Positions 37,498-47,912 of a stretch of 64,000 nucleotides of DNA are shown here, one piece after another; position 1 is the first letter of the stretch; each line of letters opens with the position of its first letter. The DNA comes from an uncultured Planctomycetota bacterium. GTDB taxonomy: Bacteria > Planctomycetota > Planctomycetia > Isosphaerales > Isosphaeraceae. The DNA lies in the NCBI GenBank assembly GCA_963737655.1, contig CAVTTN010000002.1, forward strand, positions 768,001 to 832,000, read 5' to 3'. The notes under the pieces were generated by a model. It was not told where the DNA came from, made no database searches, and saw only the letters and a list, made by a program, of their open reading frames with translations. A program made the position numbers and the translations under genes.

Positions 37498-37526
37498 AAT
37501 CTAGCCGGCCTGCGGGAGACGGTCAA
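37498..37526 (-). promoter_or_regulatory. Sigma70-like promoter, probably giving a leaderless rayT transcript
   Basis: TTGACC-17 nt-TAGATT, 6 nt before the ATG and abutting the right end repeat. Confidence 0.6.
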
Positions 37527-37554
37527 GGAAAAAGTAGAATGTCCCCTTTTCCTC

Positions 37555-37760
37555 CTCCGCATAGGGCGTCCAATTCGTCCAACTTCGAAACGTCAGCACG
37601 CACGGTGACGGCGTCTCCACCCGGCAGATCCTTGGCTTGGTCGGCGTTCTTCCCATCGCGACCAACGACGACACGCGCCCCTGCTCTCTGGGAAGGCATT
37701 GGCTGTCGCCAGACCGTTTCGCCCCTCCCGCCCGTGATCACCGGGAAGCGAAACTCCGCG
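37555..37760 (-). pseudogene. Degraded N-terminal fragment of an SDR oxidoreductase, cut off at the RAYT element
   Basis: ITGG...GARVVVGRD...VTVRADVSKLDELDAL remnants resembling the adjacent SDR; ends at the element boundary. Confidence 0.65.
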
Positions 37761-37783
37761 AGTTAAGCGCGTGCCCGCTGCCT

Positions 37784-38530
37784 TCACAGTTGCGACCAAC
37801 CGCCGTCGACGGGAAGTTCCGCGCCGGTCGTGAAGGTCGCGTCGAACGCGAGGAAGAGGACGGCCTTCGCGACTTCCTCCGACGTCCCGAAGCGCTTCAT
37901 CGGATTGGCTTCGCGCATCTGCCCGGTGAGGTGGGCGGCCGCGTCTTTATCGGGGAACGCTTTGCCGATGATCGGCGTCTCGATGGGGCCGGGCGACACC
38001 GCGTTGACGCGAATCCCCCGAGGAAGAAGCTCGGCGGCGAACACCCGAGCGAAGGATCGAAGCGCGGCCTTGGCTGCTCCATACGCGGCGATGGCGGGCA
38101 TTCCCTTGACGTTGGCGATCGAGGTCGTGAGGACGACAGCGCCTCCCTGGTTCATCAGCGGCGAGAGCTTCTGGACCGCGAAGAACGGCCCCTTGGCGTT
38201 CAGGTTGAACATCTCGTCGAAGGTCGTCTCGGTCGTGTTCTCGAGAGGGGCGAAGAGGCCGAGCCCGGCGTTGACGAAGAGCAGGTCGAAGGTGCCGAAC
38301 TCGGCCTTCACCCGAGAGGCGAGGGCGTCGATGTCCGTCAACGAACGGGCGTCGCTCGAAACCACGACGCCGCCCTTCCCCAGCTCTTTCTGCGCCGATT
38401 CCAGGCCGGCCTGCGAGCGACCCGTCACCAGGACGCCCGCGCCCCCATCGAGGAGCATCTTCGCCGTCGCCAGCCCGATGCCGCTCGTGCCGCCGATGAT
38501 CACCGCCGTCTTACCTGGGTACCGTTCCAT
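37784..38530 (-). CDS. Short-chain dehydrogenase/reductase
   Basis: GGTSGIG, VNAG, YGAAK and VNAVSPGPI motifs; start MERYPG. Confidence 0.92.
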   Translation of the reverse strand: MERYPGKTAVIIGGTSGIGLATAKMLLDGGAGVLVTGRSQAGLESAQKELGKGGVVVSSDARSLTDIDALASRVKAEFGTFDLLFVNAGLGLFAPLENTTETTFDEMFNLNAKGPFFAVQKLSPLMNQGGAVVLTTSIANVKGMPAIAAYGAAKAALRSFARVFAAELLPRGIRVNAVSPGPIETPIIGKAFPDKDAAAHLTGQMREANPMKRFGTSEEVAKAVLFLAFDATFTTGAELPVDGGWSQL

Positions 38531-38586
38531 GGGTATTCTCCTCGAGAAGTTTGGGTCGCTTGGCTGATTTTGAACTGTTCGGGATG

Positions 38587-38641
38587 ATAATAGACACGAT
38601 GGCCGCGCGGTCAAGGGATTTTTGAACTAGTTATTTCAAAA
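38587..38641 (-). promoter_or_regulatory. Sigma70 promoter plus TetR-type operator for SDR 1
   Basis: TTGACC-16-TATTAT on the minus strand; palindrome TTTTGAAC-N6-TTTCAAAA at 38620-38641. Confidence 0.65.
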
Positions 38642-38730
38642 TACCGCAGGACCCGGTGGACGAGCGCGCGGCGCCGCAATCGCATGCGGATTCGGGTCAC
38701 CGCGACCATTTCGCGGCGGCTGGCGCTCCT

Positions 38731-39702
38731 TCAGGACACCGCGCTTGAGGCTGGGTAAGACAAATCGACGCCGGAGACCCTGACGACGGCCTGCCACGCG
38801 GCTTCCTGGCTGGCGCGATCGTGGAGGTGTGGGTGGCGCTGCGCCTCGATCGGGCCTGTGAACTTCCCTTGAGCCGAGGCGAAGAATTGCCCCGAGACGT
38901 CGGTTCCGAACTCCGACGCCCGGAGGTACCGACCGGCCGCGGCCTCCGGCGTCTGATTCATGCCGGGAATGAGGTTCACGATTGGGATAAACAGATACCT
39001 CAACGCCGGGCCCGCGTTTCGCACCACCTTGGTGTCGGTCGCCGCACCGGGCGAGACGGCGTACGCGGCCATGCCGGATGGCAACCGGCGCGCCAGCGCC
39101 GCGACCCACCAAGCGATGATGAGCTTCGCGTCGGCATACGCATTGTTGGGCACGTACTTCACGTTCGGACCGTTGCGGATCAGGGCTTCCACAGCGGCGG
39201 TTCGGTCACCCTGGCGGTGTTTGGCCGCGAAGGCTGGCACGTCGGTGTAGCTGAAAAAGGGTACGCCCCCGCGGGCAGGTTCCGCGCCGGAGATCACGAT
39301 CCGCGCGTTGGGGCTCAGCAGGTTGGCGCGGAGCAACCCGACGGTCAGTTGATGATGGCCGATCAGCGGGGCCTGAGAAGCTTCGATGCCCTCCGCGGTG
39401 AGCACGCGCGCCTTGCCAGGGACCATCCCGGCATTGAGGAGTAGGAAATCGATCGACCGACCTCGCTTGACGAGCTCGGAGAGGGCGGACTGGACGCTGG
39501 ACGGGGTGTCCAGCTCCAGCTCCAGCGGCGTGAAGACCTGTCGTTTGGTCTCCGCCGCGAGTTGAGCGGCCGTTTCTTGAACCCGGGCCAGGCTGCGCCC
39601 GGTGACGATGACCTCGCGCCAGCCCTCGGCGGCGAGCATGCTGGCTGCCGCATGACCGAGCCCGGAGGTGGTGCCGGTGACGAGAGCGATCGAATGTTCC
39701 AT
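38731..39702 (-). CDS. Short-chain dehydrogenase/reductase (retinol-dehydrogenase-like)
   Basis: VTGTTSGLG, LNAG, YADAK and VSPG motifs. Confidence 0.85.
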   Translation of the reverse strand: MEHSIALVTGTTSGLGHAAASMLAAEGWREVIVTGRSLARVQETAAQLAAETKRQVFTPLELELDTPSSVQSALSELVKRGRSIDFLLLNAGMVPGKARVLTAEGIEASQAPLIGHHQLTVGLLRANLLSPNARIVISGAEPARGGVPFFSYTDVPAFAAKHRQGDRTAAVEALIRNGPNVKYVPNNAYADAKLIIAWWVAALARRLPSGMAAYAVSPGAATDTKVVRNAGPALRYLFIPIVNLIPGMNQTPEAAAGRYLRASEFGTDVSGQFFASAQGKFTGPIEAQRHPHLHDRASQEAAWQAVVRVSGVDLSYPASSAVS

Positions 39703-39779
39703 GGGCGGCTCCGTGGTGAAGGTCGAGTCGTGAGGCCTCGCGAGGCCGGGACCGACTTGCTAATTTCGAACGGTTCGGT

Positions 39780-39834
39780 TATATAATTAGTGCCGTGGAA
39801 ACTGTCAAGGAGTTTTTAACTAAATGGTTCAAAA
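39780..39834. promoter_or_regulatory. Divergent promoter region with TetR operator overlapping the tetR start codon
   Basis: TTGACA on the minus strand (39803-39808) with an AT-rich -10; TTTTTAAC-N6-GTTCAAAA at 39813-39834, matching the 38620 site. Confidence 0.65.
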
Positions 39835-40459
39835 TAATGCCAGGTCGCGAGGACGGCCACGCAGCTTCGACGAGAGGGACGCGCTGGAAAGGGCGACCCA
39901 GGTATTCTGGTCGAAGGGCTACGACGGAGTGACGATCGACGATCTCGTCGCCGGGATGGGCGTGGGACGGCCGAGCCTGTATGCCGTCTTCGGCGACAAG
40001 CGGACGTTATTCTTGCGCGTCCTCAAGGATTATGCAGAGAAGAAAGGCACACTCGCCGCGAAGGCGCTGCTGTCGCCGCAGACGCTTCGCGACTCGCTCG
40101 CCGCCTTCCTGAAGCACGCCGTCAAAACTGCGACCGAGAAAGGGTCCGCTCGGGGATGTCTTCTCGTCTGCGTCGCGCCGCTCGTGAGCGACCCTGAGGT
40201 CCGGCAGTTCCTGCAGGACGCGGCCGCCGGCGCGGCGGCGCTGGTGGAAGGTCGTTTCCGGGACGGGATCACCGCCGGAGAAATCCCGTCCGACTTTCCC
40301 GTGGCCGTCCGCGCGAGCCAGCTCATTGATCTTGTTCGTGGCCTCACGATGCGTGCGCAGCTAGGCACGCCGCGCAAGACGCTCCTCAGGGATGCCGAGG
40401 AGGCGGCCGACTTGGTGCTCCTGCCGCGCCTGAAGGCCATCGGCAAGCGGAAGCGATAA
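39824..40459 (+). CDS. TetR/AcrR family transcriptional regulator
   Basis: RGRPRSFD...FWSKGYDG...GVGRPSLYAVFGDK HTH; GCLLV motif; divergent from the SDRs. Confidence 0.93.
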   Translation: MVQNNARSRGRPRSFDERDALERATQVFWSKGYDGVTIDDLVAGMGVGRPSLYAVFGDKRTLFLRVLKDYAEKKGTLAAKALLSPQTLRDSLAAFLKHAVKTATEKGSARGCLLVCVAPLVSDPEVRQFLQDAAAGAAALVEGRFRDGITAGEIPSDFPVAVRASQLIDLVRGLTMRAQLGTPRKTLLRDAEEAADLVLLPRLKAIGKRKR

Positions 40460-40709
40460 CTTTCCCTCGCCACCGAAAGCCGTCTTGAGAATCATCATAC
40501 AACTTAAAGCATACGATACACGGTGCAAAGTTTTAACCTGCCAGCATTTCAATCCACCGGGCCCGACTGGCTCGCTTGTTCGCTTGACGCTTCGAAGTCT
40601 CAACCGTCTGCCGTCTCGCTCCAGGGTCCGGAATCCGAGCACGAGCCCTCTGGCGAATTGATTCCTCTCACGGAGCAGAGAAGCCGTCCGCTTGGCAGAC
40701 ACGAGCGCC

Positions 40710-40784
40710 GGGTGCCACTGGTCGTACTCGACCAGTGTTCCAGTTCGACATCAGAACACTGGTCGAGTACGACCAGTGGCACCC
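40710..40784. repeat. REP-like doublet with 31-bp perfect inverted arms
   Basis: GGGTGCCACTGGTCGTACTCGACCAGTGTTC-13 nt-GAACACTGGTCGAGTACGACCAGTGGCACCC; each arm has its own hairpin. Confidence 0.9.
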
Positions 40785-40943
40785 AATAAGGCCGCCTCGC
40801 CAGTGCCACACGCCGATGGGTTGAACCACGGAAACTTCGATCGGATCGACCTCGGCTGACGGCCGGGCGGACCCGAAGAGCAGAGGCAGGAGCAGGAGAA
40901 AGAGCAGCGAAGAGGCACCGGCTTTCATCACGGGTGTCCTCTC

Positions 40944-41675
40944 TCAGGGTGCGATCGGCCCCGGGGCCGCCAGGAATTCGTTTCGGACCCACTCGCGAAT
41001 TCTCCGATCCCAGGCCGATTCCGAGATTCCGGCGCACATCGCCAGGGCCTCCAGGACGCGGGCGGGGGTGAGCATGGGGAGGCTTCGGCTTCGTTCCAGG
41101 GGGTCGTATGTCCCGCGATCGTTCAGGCCGACGAAGACCAGGGTCGGCCCCTTCGTGCGATATCTCCAGACCTCGGGGACGCCCAGCTTCGCGTAAATCG
41201 GCAGCTTCCCGGCCGAGCTCGCGCGATGATCGACCTCGATCCAGAGGTCCGGCGGGGGGTCGCCAGCGTCGAGGTCGAGCGTCTCCTTGCCAAGGATTGC
41301 CGCCTCGCTGGCGAGGTAGAAGCACTCATCAGGCTCCTTCCCCTGGCCCTTGCGAGGACCGTCTCCCGACTTGTGGAACGTCGTCGACCCCAGGCCCGAG
41401 CAGGGAATGGCCAGCTCGCACGTCACTGCATTGACGATCATCCCGATCCGCCGGGCCGGCGATTCATGCTGGGGGAGAGGCGACATGATCTCCAGGACCC
41501 CGTCATGATATGCCATTCGGAGGTGGAAATTGGAGGGATGCCGGACGAGCCGAACGTAGGTCGGGTAGCGGACCCCTCGGAGCGTCGCGACCCCGGAGCG
41601 ATCCCGCGCCGCCGACTTGCGGCTTCCGGGAGTCGCGGGCGATTTCTCCTCCGCCGTGGCCATTTCCGCCTCCAT
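40944..41675 (-). CDS. Uma2 (DUF820) family PD-(D/E)xK endonuclease-like protein
   Basis: [25 protein letters not shown] and YAKLGVPEVWRY motifs. Confidence 0.9.
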   Translation of the reverse strand: MEAEMATAEEKSPATPGSRKSAARDRSGVATLRGVRYPTYVRLVRHPSNFHLRMAYHDGVLEIMSPLPQHESPARRIGMIVNAVTCELAIPCSGLGSTTFHKSGDGPRKGQGKEPDECFYLASEAAILGKETLDLDAGDPPPDLWIEVDHRASSAGKLPIYAKLGVPEVWRYRTKGPTLVFVGLNDRGTYDPLERSRSLPMLTPARVLEALAMCAGISESAWDRRIREWVRNEFLAAPGPIAP

Positions 41676-41711
41676 CGACCGCGGTTCACGATCGGTTCGC
41701 CTCTCGCGGGA

Positions 41712-42146
41712 TCAGAGGTCGGAGACCTTCCATCGCCGCTCGCCCGTCTTCTTCGTGACGCTGGCCTTCTCGAACTTGCCGTCAAGAAAACTCGGTTGGA
41801 CGAGCGGCAATTCGCCGAAGGTCATCGCCGAATCCGGCCCCATTCGGAATTCCAACGAGAGATCATTGGACGTCTCGGCCGACTTATGGGAGCCGTTCCA
41901 GATCAGGGCGGTCGTCTCGAATCGGGCTTCCCGAAGCTTGGCGCATTCGGCCTCGGGGACGGCATACTCCACCTTCCCCGCGAGGAGGCGAATCGCCGTG
42001 ATCCGGGTGCCGGAGAATGAGAAGGTCGCGGTCTCTCCGGTCCCGAAGCCGACGGTCAGCGTGCGGAGAGGCTCCACGCGGTCCTTGTGGAGGATCATGG
42101 GTGGCGACGCGAGCACGAACAGGGCGAGCGCGATCAGGGATTTCAT
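41712..42146 (-). CDS. Hypothetical exported protein
   Basis: MKSLIALALFVLAS signal-like start followed by a beta-rich coding sequence. Confidence 0.55.
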   Translation of the reverse strand: MKSLIALALFVLASPPMILHKDRVEPLRTLTVGFGTGETATFSFSGTRITAIRLLAGKVEYAVPEAECAKLREARFETTALIWNGSHKSAETSNDLSLEFRMGPDSAMTFGELPLVQPSFLDGKFEKASVTKKTGERRWKVSDL

Positions 42147-42260
42147 GGGGCACCTGTCCGTCAAGGGGACTCGGGGCGGCGCCGGCCTCTCAGGATTTCC
42201 GGGCACCGCGGATCGGCGACCGGCGCCACTCGCCGTCGCGTAGTCGGCTCGAATCACCTT

Positions 42261-42650
42261 TCAGTCCGCAGGGTGCGCGCTGATCGTGACATAATACCCG
42301 TCCGAATCTCGGAGCGAGAACTCCATCGTTCCCGTGTTCGGATTGACGTGGGGTCCCTCTTCGAGCCGGGGGACGAGGGCACGGGCCCTCGGCAGGGCCG
42401 CGTCGAAATCGTCCACCCGGAAAAACAGGAGGAGGCCGTTGCCAGGCTTCCCGTGCTCGGGGTCCATCAAGGAGGGATGCTCGTGGGCGCCCCACGCATG
42501 AAGGCAGAGCAAGACGGAGCCATCCGAGTCGAGGACTTGCCCGAAGTGGTCATGGGCGGGAGGCGTCGGCGGCTGGCCGAAGAGCGACTGATACCATCCG
42601 AGGCTGCCCGCCACGTCGCGAACCCCAACGATCGTCCAGATCCGCTTCAT
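42261..42650 (-). CDS. VOC/glyoxalase family protein
   Basis: VRDV..SLGWY..LFG, LFFRVDDFD and EFSLRDSDGY motifs; AGGAGG RBS. Confidence 0.85.
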   Translation of the reverse strand: MKRIWTIVGVRDVAGSLGWYQSLFGQPPTPPAHDHFGQVLDSDGSVLLCLHAWGAHEHPSLMDPEHGKPGNGLLLFFRVDDFDAALPRARALVPRLEEGPHVNPNTGTMEFSLRDSDGYYVTISAHPAD

Positions 42651-42785
42651 TCAGGGGGCCTCCTGCGGCCTGAAGGCCGCCGGCACGGGCAATTCCGTGT
42701 TTCTGGGTGCCTCCGATCTTACCCGACCGGTGCTCCGCGGGCAGCCCAAGCGGTCCCACCCGCCGTCAAACGATCGGAACCATTC

Positions 42786-43266
42786 TCAAGGGTTGTGAAT
42801 CCGTGCCTTGAGATCGACCAGATGATCGGGGAATCGGACGGCCTTTCCCCCAACGAGGTCGAACCACCCGCCGCTCCTCGGTTCATATCGGGCCAGGAGA
42901 ATTTGCACGTCGTAGGAAAGCATCCCTCGGTGGATCGCGAGGGGGCATGTCGTGCAGGGAGAACGCGATGAGGGCCATCACCTCGACCTGGATGGGACGG
43001 GATGGCGAGCCCGAATACGTCTTGTTCGCCAGTTGGTAACCGTAATCCTCGAAATTGAGGTCGCGATCGTTGACGAGACTGTGCCAGCTCCAGATCGTGA
43101 ATTCCATCCCGAACAGAACCCCGGAGAAGAGGGCCTCCGAGTCGTCCGGATCGGGTTGGAGCACGCAGCCGAGCCACCGGCCGATCTCGGAAGCCAGTCG
43201 CGGCAAGGCCAGGTCCGAGTTGAAGAAGTACTCGACCGAGACGCTCACTGCATCCTCCCCTTCCAT
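42786..43266 (-). pseudogene. Hypothetical protein with apparent +1 frameshift near 42941-42945
   Basis: Removing one C from ATGCCCCCTC continues as [29 protein letters not shown]...HNP* to 42786, which reads as more protein-like than the in-frame tail. Confidence 0.5.
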
Positions 43267-43272
43267 CGCCGA

Positions 43273-43968
43273 TCAAGCCATCGGCCCCGGGGGCGGGAGG
43301 AACGTCTCCCGGACCCATCCGCGGAGGGCCTTCGTCCACGTCATTTCCAGGACGTTTCGGCCCAGGGCCAGGCCCTCCCGGACGAGGGCCGGGCTGAGCA
43401 TCGGCAGGCTGAGGCTTCGGTCGATTTCCTGGTAACTCGTTCCGTCGTCGGCGAGGCGGCCGAACCAGAGGCGATCGGATCGGGGCCGGTATCGCCAGAG
43501 TTCGGGGACTTTGAGCGCCGCGTAGGTGGGGAGCTTCCCTCGGGAACTGGACCGATGGTCGATCTCGACCCAGAGGTCGGGCGGGGGGTCGAGGTTCAGG
43601 TCAATCTCGCCTTTTCCCTGAATTCGAGGGGCGTTCGCGAAGTAGAAGCATTCGTCCGGCTCCTTGCCGTGCCCCTTCTTGAGCGTCTCCTCGCCTCGGC
43701 GGAAGGTCGTCGATCGAAGGCCCTCGAACTCGATGTCGAGCTCCTCACAAACCACGGAAATCAACACTCCAACCCGTCTCGACGGTCGCTCATGGGCGGA
43801 ATGGGGGGACATGATCTCCAGGGTCCCGTCGTGATAGGTCATCCTCAGGTGATCATTGGCCGGTTTGTCCCGGAGCGCGACGTATTCGCCGAAGAGGACG
43901 TCCCGGAGGACGATCCCTGGCGAAATCCTGGACGTGGCCGCCCGCTCCCGGTCCGACGCGGTGGACAT
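43273..43968 (-). CDS. Uma2 (DUF820) family protein, paralogue of 40944..41675
   Basis: [30 protein letters not shown] and [12 protein letters not shown] motifs. Confidence 0.9.
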   Translation of the reverse strand: MSTASDRERAATSRISPGIVLRDVLFGEYVALRDKPANDHLRMTYHDGTLEIMSPHSAHERPSRRVGVLISVVCEELDIEFEGLRSTTFRRGEETLKKGHGKEPDECFYFANAPRIQGKGEIDLNLDPPPDLWVEIDHRSSSRGKLPTYAALKVPELWRYRPRSDRLWFGRLADDGTSYQEIDRSLSLPMLSPALVREGLALGRNVLEMTWTKALRGWVRETFLPPPGPMA

Positions 43969-43991
43969 GGCCGAAGCTCCCGCCGTCTCCG

Positions 43992-45742
<1,751 letters not shown>

Positions 45743-45860
45743 GGCGGGCGATTCTCCAGAGACGGTCGGGCGAGTCGGTCACCGGCGGTTCCCGTCGCGA
45801 GTGGGCTCCGAGCCGGGCGCCTCGGGTCGTCGCGAGGGATCGGGGAAGGTTCGCGTGAAG

Positions 45861-46640
45861 TTATGTAGGTTCGTTCGGGGTCGTCGGACGGGCGCGGGGG
45901 CCGCGATCGCGGGTCGGGCGACGGGTCGAGGGGGAGGCGGTCAAGCGGTCCCAGACGGGCCGGGCGGAGGCGGCCAGGGCGTCGAGATCGCCGGCGTTCT
46001 CGATCACGAAATCGGCCTTGCCGCGCTTCTCATCCAGCGGTTTTTGCGCCTTTTGCCGGGCCTCGACGGCCTCGGCCGACCAGCCCCGCGATTGCTGGAG
46101 CCGCTCCAGGCGGGCGGCCTCCGGGGCCTCGACGAAGAGGACGACGTCGCAGAGGTCGTCCCAGCGGGCCTCCAGCAGGATGGCGGCGTCCAGGACGACG
46201 GCCCGGGCCTGCCTCTTGCGGGCGGCCCGGCCGATCGCCTTCTGGAACGTGAGCCTCATCCGGGGGTGGAGGATGCTTTCCAGGACCTTGAGCAAGGCCG
46301 GCTCGGAGAAGACGATCTTGCCCAGTCGCTTGCGGTCGATCCTCGGGGCCTCGGGGTCGGAGAGGTCCAGGACCCCCTCGCCGAACCGGGCGACGACCTC
46401 ATCGCGGGCCGGCGTCTGGTCGAGCAGGGCGTGGCCGATGGCGTCGGCGTCCAGGACCTGGGCGCCCCATTCGGCGAACAGGGCGGCCAGGCGGCTCTTG
46501 CCGGCACCCATCCCGCCGATCAGGCCGATCACGGGGATCGGCCCGGCCTTCCACGGCCCTTTGGGGCGACGGGGGGGGGGTGAAGGCCGGGGGCGGCCGG
46601 ATCGTCGGCGTCGGGAGGGCTGGCCCACGGGGGTTCTCAT
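45861..46640 (-). CDS. coaE: Dephospho-CoA kinase
   Basis: GLIGGMGAGKS, LDADAIGH, IDRKRLG, LESILHP and ADFVIEN motifs; directly upstream of rho. Confidence 0.92.
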   Translation of the reverse strand: MRTPVGQPSRRRRSGRPRPSPPPRRPKGPWKAGPIPVIGLIGGMGAGKSRLAALFAEWGAQVLDADAIGHALLDQTPARDEVVARFGEGVLDLSDPEAPRIDRKRLGKIVFSEPALLKVLESILHPRMRLTFQKAIGRAARKRQARAVVLDAAILLEARWDDLCDVVLFVEAPEAARLERLQQSRGWSAEAVEARQKAQKPLDEKRGKADFVIENAGDLDALAASARPVWDRLTASPSTRRPTRDRGPRARPTTPNEPT

Positions 46641-46949
46641 GACGGTCGATGCCGAAGGGGGCGGTAGCGCCGGGGCGGGGCCGGGCGCGGGATGGGGGAG
46701 GCGAAGGTGGACGGTCCCGAAAGGTGGTCGGAAGATTTGGATCGGGGGACGAGACGGGTCAGGGTCGGCGTGATGGACCGATCGCCGAGACCGCGCCGGC
46801 CGAGGGGGGCGGAAGCGTCCGGCGATCGAGGGCCGTCTGGGGATCGGGATGCGGAGGATCGAGGAGCCTCCGTCCTCTTATACTTCCGCGTCCAGGCGAA
46901 CGCAATCGGAATGTCCGGCCGGCGGCTCGATTCCCGAGATTCTCCGCGA

Positions 46950-47678
46950 TTATCGCTCCGCCGGGGCCCCGGCGACCGGCGCCGAGGGTAGCGGGAGCTT
47001 GACCCCCGGGGCCCAGACGAATCGGCCGGCCAGCAGGCCCGAGGTGAAGGCGAGAACCAGGGCCACCAGGACCAGGAACGACCACAAGGTCACCACCGTC
47101 CGAGGCAAGACCAGGTCGCTCCGCCGGGCCGAGGGCTCACGGAGGGGCCGGGCCGCCGGCGCCGGGGCGATCGCCGGGACCTCCGCCCGGAGCGACGGCG
47201 CCTCGGTCGTGATCGGCGGGAACTCCACCGGGGCCGCGGCCGGGAGCTCCTCGGTCGCCGGCTCCGGTCGAGGACGGGGCGGCGGACGATGCCTCTCCGG
47301 CTCGGACCGCAGCGAGAGCGGCTCGATCGCGATCTTCGGAAACGCCAACTCGGCCTCGGGTTCGGGTTCGGGATCGGGCGCGGCGTCCCAGAGCACCACC
47401 CCGGGCTCGACCTTCGACGCCGAGGCCGGACGCGACGAAGCCATCGGCGACGGCGACGGCGACGGCGAGGACGACGGCGACGGCGAGGACGACGGCGACG
47501 GCGAGGACGACGGCGACGGCTCCGAGCCGGCCGGCGGTTCCGAACCCTCGGGCACGAGCAGCTCGGCCGCGCAATGCGGGCATTCGACCGTCGCCCCCGC
47601 CTTGGACCGGGACACGCCCAGCAGTTTCTGGCACTGAAAACAGCGGAATTTGATCGGTGGGGACACGGCCATCGGCAA
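46950..47678 (-). CDS. Zn-ribbon, Pro/Ser-rich single-TM protein
   Basis: IKFRCFQCQKLL...CPHC, low-complexity linker, C-terminal hydrophobic helix. Confidence 0.7.
   Translation of the reverse strand: MPMAVSPPIKFRCFQCQKLLGVSRSKAGATVECPHCAAELLVPEGSEPPAGSEPSPSSSPSPSSSPSPSSSPSPSPSPMASSRPASASKVEPGVVLWDAAPDPEPEPEAELAFPKIAIEPLSLRSEPERHRPPPRPRPEPATEELPAAAPVEFPPITTEAPSLRAEVPAIAPAPAARPLREPSARRSDLVLPRTVVTLWSFLVLVALVLAFTSGLLAGRFVWAPGVKLPLPSAPVAGAPAER
47446..47520. repeat. Coding tandem repeat (18-bp GACGGCGAGGACGACGGC units; SPSPSS)
   Basis: Directly visible. Confidence 0.8.
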
Positions 47679-47912
47679 GGGCTCCGGGATTCCGTCCTAA
47701 AGTAAGGCCCAATCGCCCCGGCCGCCAGCCCCGGAGGGCCGATCCGCTCCCGGCCTCCGCGTCCAGACGCTTGACCCGGCCCTCCGGCGCGGCACAATGG
47801 CGGTTGCGAACCGGATGCGCCCCGCCGGACCCTCCCGCCCGGCCCTCCCCCTCGGCGTCGATCGGGGCGAGACCCGGCCCCTCCGAACCGTTCCGCGTAG
47901 GGACACCCCAGA

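Larger units (their letters stand above)
36601..37554 (-). mobile_element. RAYT-carrying element bounded by inverted end repeats
   Basis: Right end GGAAAAAGTAGAATGTCCCCTTTTCCTC (37527-37554); left end GAGGGAAGAGGGGACATTCT|ACTTTTCC is its near reverse complement once the 36621-36759 insert and one duplicated 9-mer are removed. Confidence 0.7.
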
